The position numbers and the translations under genes are program-made. The notes under the pieces were generated by a model that saw nothing but the letters and a program-made list of their open reading frames with translations, was not told the DNA's origin and did not search any database. A stretch of DNA of 62,305 nucleotides, counting the filler, from Choristocarpus tenellus KU-1152 (Eukaryota > Protista > Phaeophyceae): the NCBI GenBank assembly GCA_964200185.2. It is 11 parts of 11 records of this genome, joined end to end, with 100 filler letters (N's around TTAATTAATTAA, not from the genome) between each part and the next. Parts side by side here need not be neighbours in the genome. Positions count along the whole stretch, not along the records: positions 6,575 to 15,867 come from CAXNAD020003811.1; positions 15,968 to 25,973 come from CAXNAD020003212.1; 9 more parts are not named here. The stretch is one strand, 5' to 3'. The first letter of the stretch is position 1; each line of letters begins with the position of its first letter. Shown here one piece after another: positions 11,277-24,311 of the stretch.

Positions 11277-13163
11277 TTCTCCATGTGGTAGCTGTGAACT
11301 GTGCCTGGTGCCCCACAGTCCCAGATTCGTACAGTTCAAAGCTGCTCACGAGATGCAAGTAATTCTGGATGGGGGTATCATGTTGGGGTTCTCATGCCTG
11401 TCCGACTGGTTGGATCATGGGGAAGTGTGAACATGGCAAGGGGTCAAATGTGCGAAAGGGGAAGACAAAGCACAAGTGAGATTACTGAACGTGTCGGAGT
11501 TCGCATGAAGACATATTCGTCACAAGGTGTCACTACCCACACAACTCACTATACATTTCATCACTATTCATGGGTTAGGATCTGCCTGGTGAGACCTTTG
11601 GAGGGTTTGGAGTTTTTTCTCTACGGTGTGATGTGCTACTCAGCAATTTGCACGCTTCTTGAGTAGGTCGCCTCATGCGCCTACAGTTCAATTTACTACA
11701 GGTAAATTTTGTGAGCAATTCAATTTCAGAACAGTCAATTTTCCACGGGCCTACACGATTGTTGCGACCACAGTAAAAACTGAGGTTGTTTCACAGTTGC
11801 GGTTACGAGTGGGGGAAATGTCGACGGATGGTGTATACTGCAAACCTACCATTGAAACTCTACAACTTACTGTTGGCAAATATTGAAAAACCTTGCCCAA
11901 CCATCAAAATTCCCCAGCTGTACTATGGTGATCTTGTAGGTACTATTTTTTTGCTCTTCATATGACAATGTCGTCCATTTCTTGATAAACCGTGACCGTA
12001 GCATAGCTGTACTGCATGGAGGTTGCTGCAAACTTATGGTGCAATAGTACACTATAAGAAATGCAAATGCGGTAACGGTCGTATGTGGAACTTTCTCCGC
12101 TCAGAAATAAAAATAACATGACTTTTGCGTCCAGGATTAAGAAACTAGATTGTTTGCACATGTTCATATTTTACAGGTGTATTGCGCAAAACCTGAAATG
12201 GTTGCCCACCAAAATATCAAGCAAAATGGGGCAGCCTACCCCTATCTATAATTCCGCCCCGAAGCCCTCCAAAACTCCATTCCAGCAGGTAGTTTTGACG
12301 CATCTACCAGGGAATCTGAGGGGAAGCTTGCCCATGCAATCAATCTTAGCCACTGGTCTCCAGTCACCAACCAATGCGGCCAATTTCCTCGGGTCCATTC
12401 CACCTTCCTCCGCCACACCCTATTACACTCCACCTTCCTCCACAACACTTCCACAACACTTCCACTATACCACACCACACCACACCACACCATTATCTAC
12501 AGTACCATTCAACACCACTCCACAATACTCCACATTCATCCAAGAACACCCCTTCCATCATCCACTTCAATATCGTGCCTTTGAACTACAAGACATGCAC
12601 CTCGCCTGAACTCAACCTCCGCTTTGGAGTTGATGTCTATATCCAGTTCACAGTTGTACCTCCTGCCCCGTCTGCAATTCGTCGTTCCTACTCTCTGCCA
12701 AACCCTTTGATACCCACCCTGGGTCTCTTTCTCTGGCCCTAACATACACCTTAACGCCCCTAACTTACACCTTCCTTTAGTATCACTATTTCTGGTGCTC
12801 ATATGGTTGCCATTTTCGTTGCCCCTCCTATCCTGTCCAAGTGTAAGGTGTACTCCTCTGGTCTCAACTTGAGTTCCCTTGCTATCCTCCTCAGGACACA
12901 TGTTGCCTGGCCACTCATGATCACCTTTCCCTTCTCGCCATCCCTATGCGCCATTAGTGGGGAATCAGGCGGTATGTCAGAGAAGCATTCGATGATTACT
13001 ACTATAACCTAAAAGCTCCCCATGCTTTCTTCACCCCCTTGCCCTTCCACTCTATGCCTCGTCAACACCGCTCTCTTGCTACCCTGCGAAAGTCACCTCT
13101 ACTTCTCCGCCTGGTGTCTATCCCTTTACCCTAGCCTGGCTACCCCCTTCCTCCATACCACGT

Positions 13164-13341
13164 GGCTCAAAGTATCTAGGGGGGGTGGCGGATGTCCATT
13201 TGGGGCCAATTTTTTCATGTCGCGATTTTTTGATAATTTGGTTCCATACGTTGGATGGATAATGAAAGTGCACTTTTCCTGGTTTTGGTCCAAATGGACA
13301 CTCTGGTATAGACCCCCCCACACCCCCAGATACTTTGGGTC
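13164..13341. mobile_element. MITE family A (178 bp)
   Basis: TIR ggctcaaagtatctagggggg / cccccagatactttgggtc; homologous to copies at 18524 and 43565. Confidence 0.85.
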
Positions 13342-13699
13342 TCAGGCTGACATGAGTCTGTCCAGAGACACTACCCGAGATGGTGAAGGGAGTGTAGGAT
13401 ATATCTCATCCTTGAGTTCACAGCACTTGCCTCAGGCAGTTGCTGACCCAACAACTGCCCGTACTGCAGCTTGCCAGCTAGAAGACTTTCTTCCTAATCC
13501 AGTCCGTGAACCCTGCATTGAGTTGGGTAGGACTAGATAGGAAGCTCGTACCAGACCTGGAGTGAAGGTGTTGGTATGTAATGTCTCTTATTGCTAGTGT
13601 AGAGAGGCAACGTGTTTCTTATACCTTGGCTCTGTACAACCCACACCTGAGTCAGTGTTGATGAGTACCCTCCTGCATGGTCGTCTTGTTTCTGAGTTG

Positions 13700-15230
13700 G
13701 GACCAGCCCCTCAATCTTATGCTGAGGCTCAAAAAGTCTGAATACTGGCCGGTATGGGAAGAGGTCATGTCTAAGGAGTTCCATGGTTTGTTGGGANNNN
13801 NNNNNNTGTACCTCTAGGTCGTAAGGCCATTGGTTCCAAGTGAGTGTTCAAGTGGAAAAGTGATCCTTTTTGGAATGTTTAATGGGTCTAAGGCTAGATT
13901 AGTTGCTCAGAGGTTTGGTCAGGAGTGTGGTCTTGATTATTTCGAGACCTCTGTCCCCACTCCTTCTCCCTCATCGGTTAGGCTGATGGCCAGTATGACA
14001 TGTGAGTTGGACTTGACATTGTGGTACCTAGATGTGGAGTAGGCATTTGTTCAATCTGACTTGGATGAGGAAGTGTACCTGCGCCTCCGACAGGGATGTG
14101 GAGATCTCTCCTATACGACCGTACGCCTTCACAGGTCCCTGTATGGTTTAAAGCAAGCCTCTAGGACTTGGAATACCAAGCTGGTTTCCACCCTTAAGAG
14201 CAATGGTTTTGAGCAGTGTCTGATTGACCCGTGTATATTTAGACTCAGAAGGGATGGGTTTATCAAGATGATGCTTGCCGTTCATGTAGATGATATGATG
14301 GTTTTGGCGTCTTGTAATGATTGCAATGACCTTTGTGCTGCCCTGAATGCAGAGTTCCCAGCCAAAACCTAGGCTTATTGTCTCAGTTTTCTGGTTGCAC
14401 TTATACAAGAGATTGGAAGCATGGTACCTCTCCATTACCCAGACTAACTACATTGACAACCTGTGTAAACGTTTTTCAATCCAATCAACCACTCCGACCC
14501 CTGCGGCCCCGTCCAGAAAGCTTGGAATTAGGGAGGGAGACAGTATCTCAAAGGATTGTCCCTCCCGAGAGGCAGTTGGAGGGTTGATGTGGGTCAGCAG
14601 CATGACCAGGCCAGATGTGACTAATACAGTAAAAGCTGTTGCCCATCATTCACATGCTCCGAGCCAGTTACATTAGAGAGCTGTGACCCAGATCCTCAAG
14701 TGCCTCAAAGGGACGCGAGAGTTGGACCTAACCTACCAAAAAGGCACAGGATTGGATTCGGTGACCCACGCTGATGCGGGTTTGCCAATGAGACCTTTGA
14801 CAGACATTCTGTATCGGGGGGGGCAGTGATGTGTGGGGGAGCAGCAGTTTCTTGGCTTTCTAGGACCCAACTTGTCATAGCACAGTCGACTGCAGAGGCA
14901 GAATACATAGCCAAGGGGAACTGTGTGAAGGAGTTGCTGTTCTTGCGAGTTGTGTTGGAGTTCTTGCAACCTGATAGGACTGGGTCGTGTAATGTAGTGT
15001 ATGAGGATAACACAGGTGCCATCCATTTGGCTAACGATCCTTTGAGTTCTGGGAGGACTAAGCACATAGATGTGCGACATCATTTCCTAAGGGAGTTGGT
15101 AGCCAATGGACAAATAAGGATTGTTCATGTTACTTCAGATAAGCAGCATGCTTATGTGTTGACCAAGCCTTTAGCAGAGGTATCTTCTTAGAGACATGCA
15201 GGGGCCTTGCTAAATTTAGACTGTTTAGTG
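13700..15230 (+). pseudogene. Ty1/Copia pol (RT plus RNase H), decayed
   Basis: PQSYAEAQ..W..M..E, KARLVAQ, SLYGLKQASRTWN, AVHVDDM, TRPDV, AQSTAEAEY, YEDNTGAIHLA, RTKHIDVRHHFLRE; in-frame stops and frameshifts. Confidence 0.95.
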
Positions 15231-15390
15231 GTTTGTTTCTTCCTGAATTTGAATTCTTTGTGTTTGTTTGGATTTATTTTTTTCAGTGAGTTCAATAGCT
15301 GGTTATTTTCTTGTCATAAGGGATTGAATTGAGGAGTCTCCTAGGATCCATAATTGTTTTCTTGTAGATTCTCAAGAGTTGTTTGAGCTA

Positions 15391-15450
15391 GGGAGGGTGT
15401 TCGATTAGACTCTTCCAACTCTATCCGACAGTTACAGTAAACTGTACATG
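15391..15450 (+). mobile_element. Polypurine tract and start of the Copia 3' LTR (TG at 15398); LTR end not determined
   Basis: gggaggg immediately followed by tgtt, ~170 bp after RNase H. Confidence 0.6.
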
Positions 15451-15967
15451 GAGTAAGAGAACAATCATTAGTGGTTGCGTTATCAGAACCTTTTACAAAA
15501 AAATACATTTGTGATGTATGGGGTGCTGCATGCCCCGCTTTCCTTTAATCAATCACTCTACAGATATCAAGCAATCTTTGGGGTTTATCACATTTCTTCT
15601 CCAGGATGATTTGCCGATACTTTAACGGAGATGACAATAAACATTTGATATTGTCACTGTCGGGGATAAATTCCTGTCGCAGATCGATAGTCCAAGATTA
15701 ATTCCATGATAATACCGAACTGGTTTGTCGATAGTGTGGTGAACCTGACCACTAACCATATCTGAGTTCCTCCTATAATAAGTGGAAGAAGTGTTACAGG
15801 CGCCCCTCAATGCTCACCTTCCAGGATGTACAACTCAAATCCAACGACCTCAAAACGATGCTATGGGNNNNNNNNNNNNNNNNNNNNNNNNNNNNNNNNN
15901 NNNNNNNNNNNTTAATTAATTAANNNNNNNNNNNNNNNNNNNNNNNNNNNNNNNNNNNNNNNNNNNN

Positions 15968-16039
15968 AAAAAAAAGAGGTATTTGACCGAAACGGACGCC
16001 CCCTAACAAACCACCCCACCCCCCCAGATGCTTTGACCC
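15968..16039. mobile_element. Right end of MITE family A'
   Basis: aaacggacgcc..cccccagatgctttgaccc. Confidence 0.8.
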
Positions 16040-16408
16040 ACAATTGTTTATATGAAACAAGTGGTTCGGGTTACGGATCTATCGTGTAAGGCATTCGATT
16101 CAATGGTCAAGCGATATGGTCAGATATTGTTGAAATGAAGAATAAAACTCGAGGTCAGTTGTCGTGGAGTGTTGTTGTTACCATTTATTATTCCGTTTCA
16201 TGATCAAGTAACTGTCACAGATTGTAAGTCCGAGTTGCCATTAACCTGAAATCATGAGAGAAACAAAGCTCTCTGTTGCCACGTTTGTGTTCGCTGTTCA
16301 TCCATGAAGTTGATATATTGATCTCGGGACTTAGAACGCGGAGTAGCCTATTGAGTGAAAAGAGTTGAGGTAAGAACTAGGAACACCTTCAGTCTCGACC
16401 CCTCTTGA

Positions 16409-19400
16409 ATGGCCTCGGACGAATATGGATCGCTTGAAGCCCTGGAGTACGAGCTTAACCAAGTAGGCTTGAGTGTGGATGACCTTCAGCCACCTCAGCA
16501 TGGACATTTCGATAGGCGTGCAATGGCTCGCGTTGAGTCTGCCCAGATAATGTCGCGCAAATTTATTGAGCGCGACAAGTTGAAGGATGGAATGCTCAGG
16601 GACAAAAAGGTAGGGTCCTAATAATTCCTCCTGGTAGTCAACCGCTACAGAAACCCTTGCAATATGTATCTGCTCAAGCTTTCCTTCTCCGTAATACTTG
16701 AATACTCCACCTTCCTTTTTGAGTGTCTACCTAAAAACCCCTTGCCATATATATTTGCTTTCATATCGCTGGATTTCATTGGAAGACTTGAGAGGTGTTT
16801 GTAGCAGTACTCTAGAGCAGGTTTTTGTTGCAATAATGGATCCTAGATTTATCCCTCTTTGTTGTCGAGCATTTCTTCGACTGCTCTCTGTAGTAGATTT
16901 TGATAATATTCAGAGGAAATGCACGCCTATTGAAATGGATTTAAATGACCACGATCCAGCAATAAAGTATTTCCACACATCAAACACCTCAAAATTAATA
17001 GTTGGACAATAACTGCCATCTGTACTTGATACAACCACCTTCCCTCGTTCATTTCTCTGTGGTACAATAAAATTGACTGCAGCGATACCGCCAACGCCTC
17101 CAAGAAAGTAAGAACAAGAAGTTAAATGACTGGGAACAGAAAACACAGCGAAGCCCGTTCCTCATTGACCTGCTAGCTGAGGTGAACAATCTCTGCATTT
17201 GATACCTCTCTCCCAGATCCTTTTCCTCCTGGTACACATTCTTGCACTCAATATCTCAATGTCGGGAGTTCTCCAGTCCAGAATGAACTATATTTGAAGC
17301 ATATTCAGGTTGTCCAGCCACCAATGAGGTAAAACAATATAATATGATCTATCTATTTTCAGAAACAGTGAAGCATCTTCGTGATAACCTTCTCGTACGT
17401 GCCAGAATGAGCGCATTGATGAGGAAAACAAAGTGCGCCTGAGAGAGGAGGCAAGGAAGGCCAGAATAATCGAGAGACGAAAAGAGGAGGCCAAAAATAA
17501 TATCATCATGCAGGTGCCCTGGTAGTCCTCACATGGGGGACCTTCACATGATCTTACTTGCCAAGAGATACTTCCATTATTTCTTGAGTGTTGTCATTTT
17601 TTTGTGATACCAAAAGGAGCAAAGGTGTATTGAGTACATGACCTGCTACACCAAACACTTTCCTGTAACTTCACCTGAATCCGTACATTTCTACAGAACT
17701 TCAGTAAGGCACGTTACATCATGCATATGAACCTTACCCCAAATGCCTATGGACAAGGAAAGTCTGTTCAGCATGGTATGTTTCCTACTATATTGTAGGA
17801 ATAGCTTTCAGTTTGGGATCAAGTGTCAAGTATCACTTAGTGCCAGGACCTTAATGAAACCACTTTTAACCCAATCTGTACAAAGTGTAAGTACAGGTCA
17901 ACAACAGAGTGCCAGCACAAGGCAAAAGTGCAAATTACTCCATCCAGATTAGTACCAAGTACCGAATGAGTAAGAAACTGTAGTAGATTTCCTGCACCTC
18001 TAACCATGCTTGATTGACCCTGCCGATGAGTGAGTTGTACTATCCATACTTGCAAGCAAGATTGGGAAAACAGTCTTCTTGATGCATGTGCTGAGAAAAT
18101 TGCCCTCATTGGGAACATGAAAAGATCAGCCCCCCAAAAGGAAGCACCTCCTATTATCAGGCCAGTCACAACACCAATAGTAGAATGTGATAAGAATCCC
18201 TGTCTCCCTTTCGGCTACACAGGCATTGACAGAGTCCTCAGACCTAGATGCCCTTCGGAAGGAGAAGAGGGCTATCATAGAGGAGGAGCGGTGCCTCAAG
18301 GCTCTCCTGGATATAGAAAAGGCCACAGGCCATAAGAAGGCACAGATGCTCGCTGCACAACGAGCCGAAAGACAGAGACACGCAACCAAGGCAGAACACA
18401 GGAGGAAACAATTCACCAATGCACTGGAGAACCACTTTGAGAGGGAGGCAGAGGTTCTCCGGGAGAAACTTGATGTACCCCTAAGGTCAGAAGGCCACTT
18501 CCAATTGTTGTATTCTCGCTTGAGGCTCAAAGTATCTGAGGGGGGATGACGGCTGTCCATTTGAGTCCCATTTTCTATGTTGTGATTTTTGGGTGATTTG
18601 GTTGCATGTGTCGGACGGATGATGCAAGTTTACTTCTCCTGGTCATGGGGCCCAAATGGAGACCCTGGTGTAGAACTCCCCCCTCGCCGCCCCCCCCACC
18701 CAACACCACCCCCCCCCCCTCACGCTACCGCCCCCCCTCCCCCCCCCCCCCCCCCCCACCCCCCCTCTGTTTCCTGCCCCCCCCCCCCCCCCCCCCCCCC
18801 AGATACATTGAGCTTGATTTTCTGGTGATTCGCGTCGCAATACGCCAACTCCGTCGCACAGCTTACTCTGGACATTTCGTTTTTGGGGAACACTGTTGCC
18901 ATGAAAAAAAATGACACCATGGTTCTCCTGTCCCTGCAAGCAGAGGTTGGTTTCACCGTAACCATATCAGGATAGGGAGGAACTCTGATTGCACCTTGGC
19001 AACATGTCGTGCCCTAATACCCATTTTGCTTGAGCCAATCTCGATCCAAACATCCAAGCAACATCAGTTCAACATTGCACAATGATCTATGCCTATGCCA
19101 CGGTTTACACTCCTGAAACATTTCTATTTTGGAGGCACCCTTATTTTGATCCCCCCAAAATATACCCTTGGATGGATTGTACCAAGCTGTATCCATAGCT
19201 CTATCTGTTGATAGTGGGATTATCTCTTGCAGCACCACCATGTTCGTATGCAGTGAATGTGTTGTGGTGGACTTTACCTGGTATTAATTACAGCACTTCT
19301 GAAACTTCCCATATACTTTGAGCTGCATCAAACAATGATGGGATGGGCAAGAGATGTAGTTCAACCTGTACAATCAAGACCTCACACAAAATTTGATCCA

Positions 19401-19807
19401 ACTCTTCTGTGCACAAGGGGGTAAATTTTTTCACCCTCCTAACGTTCAATGTCAAGTGCTCTGGAGTACTTTGGCAGTGGTCAAAGTCATTATCAAAACC
19501 AAGCAGAATCACGTAACTATTTAGGTTGAATGCCACACTTAGAAGAATCATTCAACAGGCACACAAAGAAACGTAAGGAACCACAAGTACTCTATACTTT
19601 TGGGACATACAGGAGTGAGGAGGAGCTAAATTTAACTTCCATTAATAGATCTTGACTCACACCCCACAACATACTTAGAGCACTATGTGCAAGCATCTAG
19701 TCAAGCTACCCTCTAAAGCATACAGGATCATCTTGTCCTATCTGTCTCTCCCTATGGCTACTGTGTGCAGGCCTAGTGATACATTCACCTCCTTCTCCAC
19801 AGTCTGA
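16409..19807 (+). CDS. Uncharacterised charged coiled-coil protein; exons 16409-16609, 17406-17513, 18223-18485 and a tentative last exon 19771-19807
   Basis: Phase-consistent GT-AG junctions; E/K/R-rich helical peptide ..NERIDEENKVRLREEARK..|ALTESSDLDALRKEKRAIIEEERCLKALLDIEK.. Confidence 0.75.
18524..18813. mobile_element. MITE family A in an intron, with expanded poly-C
   Basis: TIR ggctcaaagtatct / agatacattgagc; ttga on both flanks if the last terminal base is lost. Confidence 0.82.
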
Positions 19808-20047
19808 AGTGCAATGAGAGGGCCCATTGCCACAAACACAGGACAGGTGATACGCACTCACGAGTCAATCGCACCTTTGTGGCCCAAAAAAGAAGACTCA
19901 ATATTACACAAAGGCTGGGTACATGGGTGAAATGAAGGCAGCTGTGAAGCAGAGACGCCAGTAAACACTTCATGGTCAAGGTCTTCCACGTTGTACAAGA
20001 GAGGTATCATTTCGTGCACATGGTTCATAAAACGTAAGCAAGATCCC

Positions 20048-21781
20048 TTACCAGGTCACTATCTTGACCAGAGAGCACACTTTTTCTGCTGATGCTCTTC
20101 TGATGATGTGTTCAGGACCTACCTCGACAATAAACATGGAAGGTACCATACCAGAGGGTGAGCACAGAGTAAGAAGTGGTAAGCCGGTACAAGTTTGAAC
20201 TAACCCTATGTTATTCTCCTCAGAATCTCCACTCGGTATTTCTTCCTGCACGCCTGAAATCAGACGGTAGTACCAGTGTCCACGAATACAGATTTTACTC
20301 TCCCTATCCAACAGGCCACTGTGCCCAATTCTATGTGAATGAGCGAAGTGAATAGACTCAATGGGTATGGGCTGGAAGTTCTCCAAAGTGCTGGAGAGGT
20401 CAGATGGTGAGAGACCACAAAACGAAAGAAACAACGTAGCATCACCTTGAAACGCCTGCCCAAGGTTAATCATCCCTGACTGAATCGCATCATCATGGCA
20501 TGCAGACCCAACGTGCACCTCTTTTGCTCCTGTGTGCTCCATCAACTGCCGAATGTTGTCCTTGTTAACACCTGCGCCTGAAATCAATCAGACGAGCTGA
20601 GTGAGTTTACGTTGGGTCGTGATTGGCATGTAGAGCTCTTCACAAGGCACCTGCTGTGAAGAAGAGCAATCCTGTGTGAGCTTCCTATCTTCTCCTTCGA
20701 GACTAGGGCACTTTTTTGCTCTACATGCAATATGAACTCGGCATCAAGACGTACCTAATGCCGCTCAGGTGCCAATTCCGTTCACTACAGCACCCCTTCA
20801 CTTGTCATCTCCATCTAGGCACAAGCAGGAGTCACTTTCTCGTCAAAATGAAAAGGGCCGATCCCTTCGTTCGCACCTGGCATAACTGCTACCTGTCCTT
20901 GAGATGCCTCCACAAGCTTAGAGATGACATCGCGCCCCTCCCATGCCGTGGACGCCTGCCCAGATGTCAGTACACGATCTACACCCAGCCTCACCAAGGC
21001 CCTTAGAGTGATAAACGGCTCCATGCAACAGTCGAATGCCCTGTGGAACGTGACAGTCATTGCTGGAGTAGCTTTTTTTACCAGCTTCGCAATGGTCTCC
21101 TTGTCAACAGTGCCATCGCTCAGCAGGGCCTTCAACAAACAAGGCAAAGTCAGACCGCCCCAGAAGTTAGCAATCTCTTGCCGTGGACAGGAATTGCAAA
21201 CGCCGATGTGTAACTTTTACTCACCCCGATTACCACTCCATGTGCTCCTGCATTCTTGACGGCCTCCACGTCCCGCACCATAACCTGTGAAAGAAGCACA
21301 GGGAAAAATACTGCAGTTGAGGGCAACTCTTAGGGGTTACAGAAAAAGATAGAGCCCGCCTATCACCTCTATCTCAGCACTAGTGTAGATGAAGTTGCCT
21401 GGCCTGGGCCGAATCAGCACGTGAACCCTTGTCTGTGATCCACGAAGAGCCAGAACAGTACACTCCACGTCTCCAATTGATGGTGTGGTACCACCCTGAC
21501 AGTGGAAGGGAAACAGATTAAAAGCACGTTCACTTCTTTTTTTATGAATTTTACTGCAGGCCCTGCCGCATACCTGTATGAGATTAGAACATAGCTCCAC
21601 TCGGTGTGCACCTCCTTGCTGAGCTTGAACAGCGGACTGAGAACGAACCAAACAAGACGGGGATTAGACCAGAAAGTTACCAGTGTTGTTTCACGTCTGG
21701 CATCACGGAGATGAGGGACAGTAGGCAAACAATACCCACCTCCACCCCCTCCAAGGAACATTCTAGCTGGATAGCAGACAT
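20048..21781 (-). CDS. cutC: CutC family protein (TIM barrel); exons 21781-21740, 21636-21574, 21495-21367, 21284-21225, 21129-20877, 20577-20048 (possible extra intron 20445-20119)
   Basis: LEC..SA..AQQGGAHRVELCSNL..GGTTPS..VHVLIRPRPGNFIY..GAHGVVIGAL..DGTVD..VTFHRAFD..RVLTSGQ..VMPGAGVN; all junction phases consistent. Confidence 0.95.
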
Positions 21782-22024
21782 GCCTGCAGTTTAATCGTAG
21801 AAAAGGTTTAAACTCACGTCCTGTACTACTTCTTATGTTGATGTGTTCAAAACTTGGTTGACATCTAACATTTCCATTTTACTCCAATGATATCTAGACA
21901 AGTAGAGCTCTGGAGCTATGGCTAGAGCTCTGCAGAGTGTTTGAAGGAACGTTTGTGTTAGAGTGTAGTGGTGAACTTTCCTAACAATCCTATACCCACT
22001 TCATACTGTGAAAAAGTGTGGGAG
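21782..22024. promoter_or_regulatory. Probable bidirectional promoter between cutC and the DUF1990 gene
   Basis: Head-to-head start codons only 243 bp apart; no specific motif identified. Confidence 0.5.
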
Positions 22025-23541
22025 ATGAGAACCATGCGGATAATATGTGTTGCAATTACCCTGTTCTGCACCCTGTATCCTGCTGTGTCCGTATCTACCC
22101 GCACAAGGTGTGGATCGAAGTTTCTCGACGGGTATACTCCTGGGCAGTATAGCGTCTTGAAGTGGTAGGTTTTGGAAAGGGTAGCACTGATCCCCAATCT
22201 AAATACGTATACAGGTTCTCTTTTCTTGGTGAGCCCAGCAACGTGGCCATTGCGAAATTCCTGGCCATTCAAGATCGTGAGTGTTGTTTACCAAACCATG
22301 CCGTGGCTGGGTTTACAGACCCTGCCGATGCTAGCGCATCAGGACCCAACCCTCCACCTGGTCCTCCAGGTTTTAGTGAGCGAATTGTGAGGTGCGTTCA
22401 GCTGGCAATTAGGTTGAGGACTTCTTGAGTCCACTAGGAAGACTAATATGTCAATGTTGTGATTTTTTTCTACCGCTTGGTCGCAGGCAGGGTTCATCTT
22501 GGTGAGGGGAAGAGAGCTTACCAGTCAGGCAGTGATGCCTTGCTGCAGTGGCGTATGCACGAAGGGTCAACATGGGCGCGTATCGTTCGTAGCACCAAGA
22601 AACGAACCGCATTCAAGGTTAGACGGTGGAACCAGGCATGCTTCCTCTGCCATTGCAATTTGAAAAAGAAATGCACTTACATTCAAAGTTGGCAACCTTC
22701 AAATTGGTGAGTGAATTTCACCATTTTGAAACAGTCTCACGAGACCTAGAATATGCCCGTTGCGCTATCGCTATATTCCCGCTCATCAGGTCAATATGGT
22801 GACCATTGTAAAAGCCTGCCAGGGGCTGGCATGGTGCGTTAACCCGTGCGTTGTACTATACGAACGGAAGGACATAAAGATCAAAATCCCACCGTCATCC
22901 AATGCAATGGGTGATACCGGAGGCTCTTTGAGCTTTGACCGTGATACTGGACGGGAAAATCCAGGAGGGGGACTATGGGCGGGGAGAAGACCAGGGGAAG
23001 CACCAGTGTGGGCATCCTTTCCACCAAAGGAGGCAGCAGGGGGCTCTGTTGCAACCCAATCTGCCGTAGCTTATGCAACCTTGCAGGGACATCTCATTCA
23101 GGTCCGTCATCCCTATGGATAGATATCTAAGGGGTAGATTATGTAAACAATGGTATTAGTCATGCTTTGATACACCTTGAGTGTCCCGTGAGAATTTCAT
23201 TTTTCAGTCCTCAAATCTTTACCGTGAAATGTATACTATCAACTCCTATAAATAGGGACCAACGGACCGCCGGTGGATACTGCCCTGGATTATCTAATGC
23301 AATAATATTGATCTCCTTTCCCTTTGCCGCCTCTTGAATATAGGGCGAGGAACGCATGCGAGTGGTTTGGTTCAGAGGCCAGGGAGTTGGTCCTGTGTGG
23401 TTTGAGGTGTACTCTGTATCTCGAGGGAACAGATTTTGGGGAAGCCTCCTCTTTCCTTTAGTCAGATCAATGCAGGCCAGGTTCTTCAAGGAACAAGCAG
23501 AAACAGTGCGAGACATAGTGCAACGAGAATGTTGTAACTGA
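22025..23541 (+). CDS. DUF1990 (UPF0548) family protein with a signal-peptide-like N-terminus; exons 22025-22164, 22215-22391, 22491-22617, 22790-23101, 23344-23541
   Basis: RVHLGEG..Y..G.DALLQWRMH..W, NPCVVLY, AYATLQGHLIQ|GEERMRV, VWFEVYSVSR, FPLVRSMQARFF; junction phases consistent. Confidence 0.88.
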
Positions 23542-24311
23542 CATCACTGTGTGTGACAGCACAGTAATCTTGTTGAAACACACCTGCACCTGTCAGACTA
23601 CTATCTTTGACCATTGTGAGTTGGATTTGCGGTAGTGTGTACTACCCTGATATCCCAAGGGAATGTAATATGGTACAAGCACACTCACTTTTAAACTACA
23701 CACTCATTTTGTGCCACATTTTGGCTTTGATGGACAAACAATTAGGGTGAGCGCTGTGAGGGCATCATTGGCTGAACAAGCCAGACCAATACCTTGGTGC
23801 ACAGTACATGTTACATCCCCTGTCTCTGTATTGTGTCGGTTTGTAAGTACTTCTAATTTAGAAAAACTAAGATCCAATGAGTTAACTCTTTAAGTTGCAC
23901 ACAAAACGGAAGGCAGACTCGCAGCAGTTCCACCTCGAAATTACTTATATTTCGTTTCGGTGTATGGCTAATCTGCTTGAAAAGGTACACTGCACATCAC
24001 TTGAAGTGCACGATTACAACTTCATTTTCGTAACAGCATAAAGGCAATTAACATCCTCACATTGAAATCTAGGCAGCAGCAAAAGAACGTGGTGCCACTA
24101 CCTTCATTACTTCACTTTATTGCCACCAACATGAATATGTAAGTCACAAAACTTGGAGCAAAAGTTTCACTTTACTAATACTGAATATTCTCTCAACTTT
24201 CTCTAACTTTGCTTACACAACAAACAAAATCTACTATTCCTCTCATCCGTGACCCACCACATGATCCAGCTTATTTCCCCAAACTTATTGCACTAAGAAT
24301 TTCCAAAAAAG

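Noticed and set aside
12085-13540. Several 120-175-aa ORFs
   Set aside because: Low-complexity C/A-rich sequence plus a MITE; no recognisable domains or consistent splice structure.
18589-18965. Pro-rich and Gly-rich ORFs
   Set aside because: Translations of the poly-C tract of an intronic MITE.
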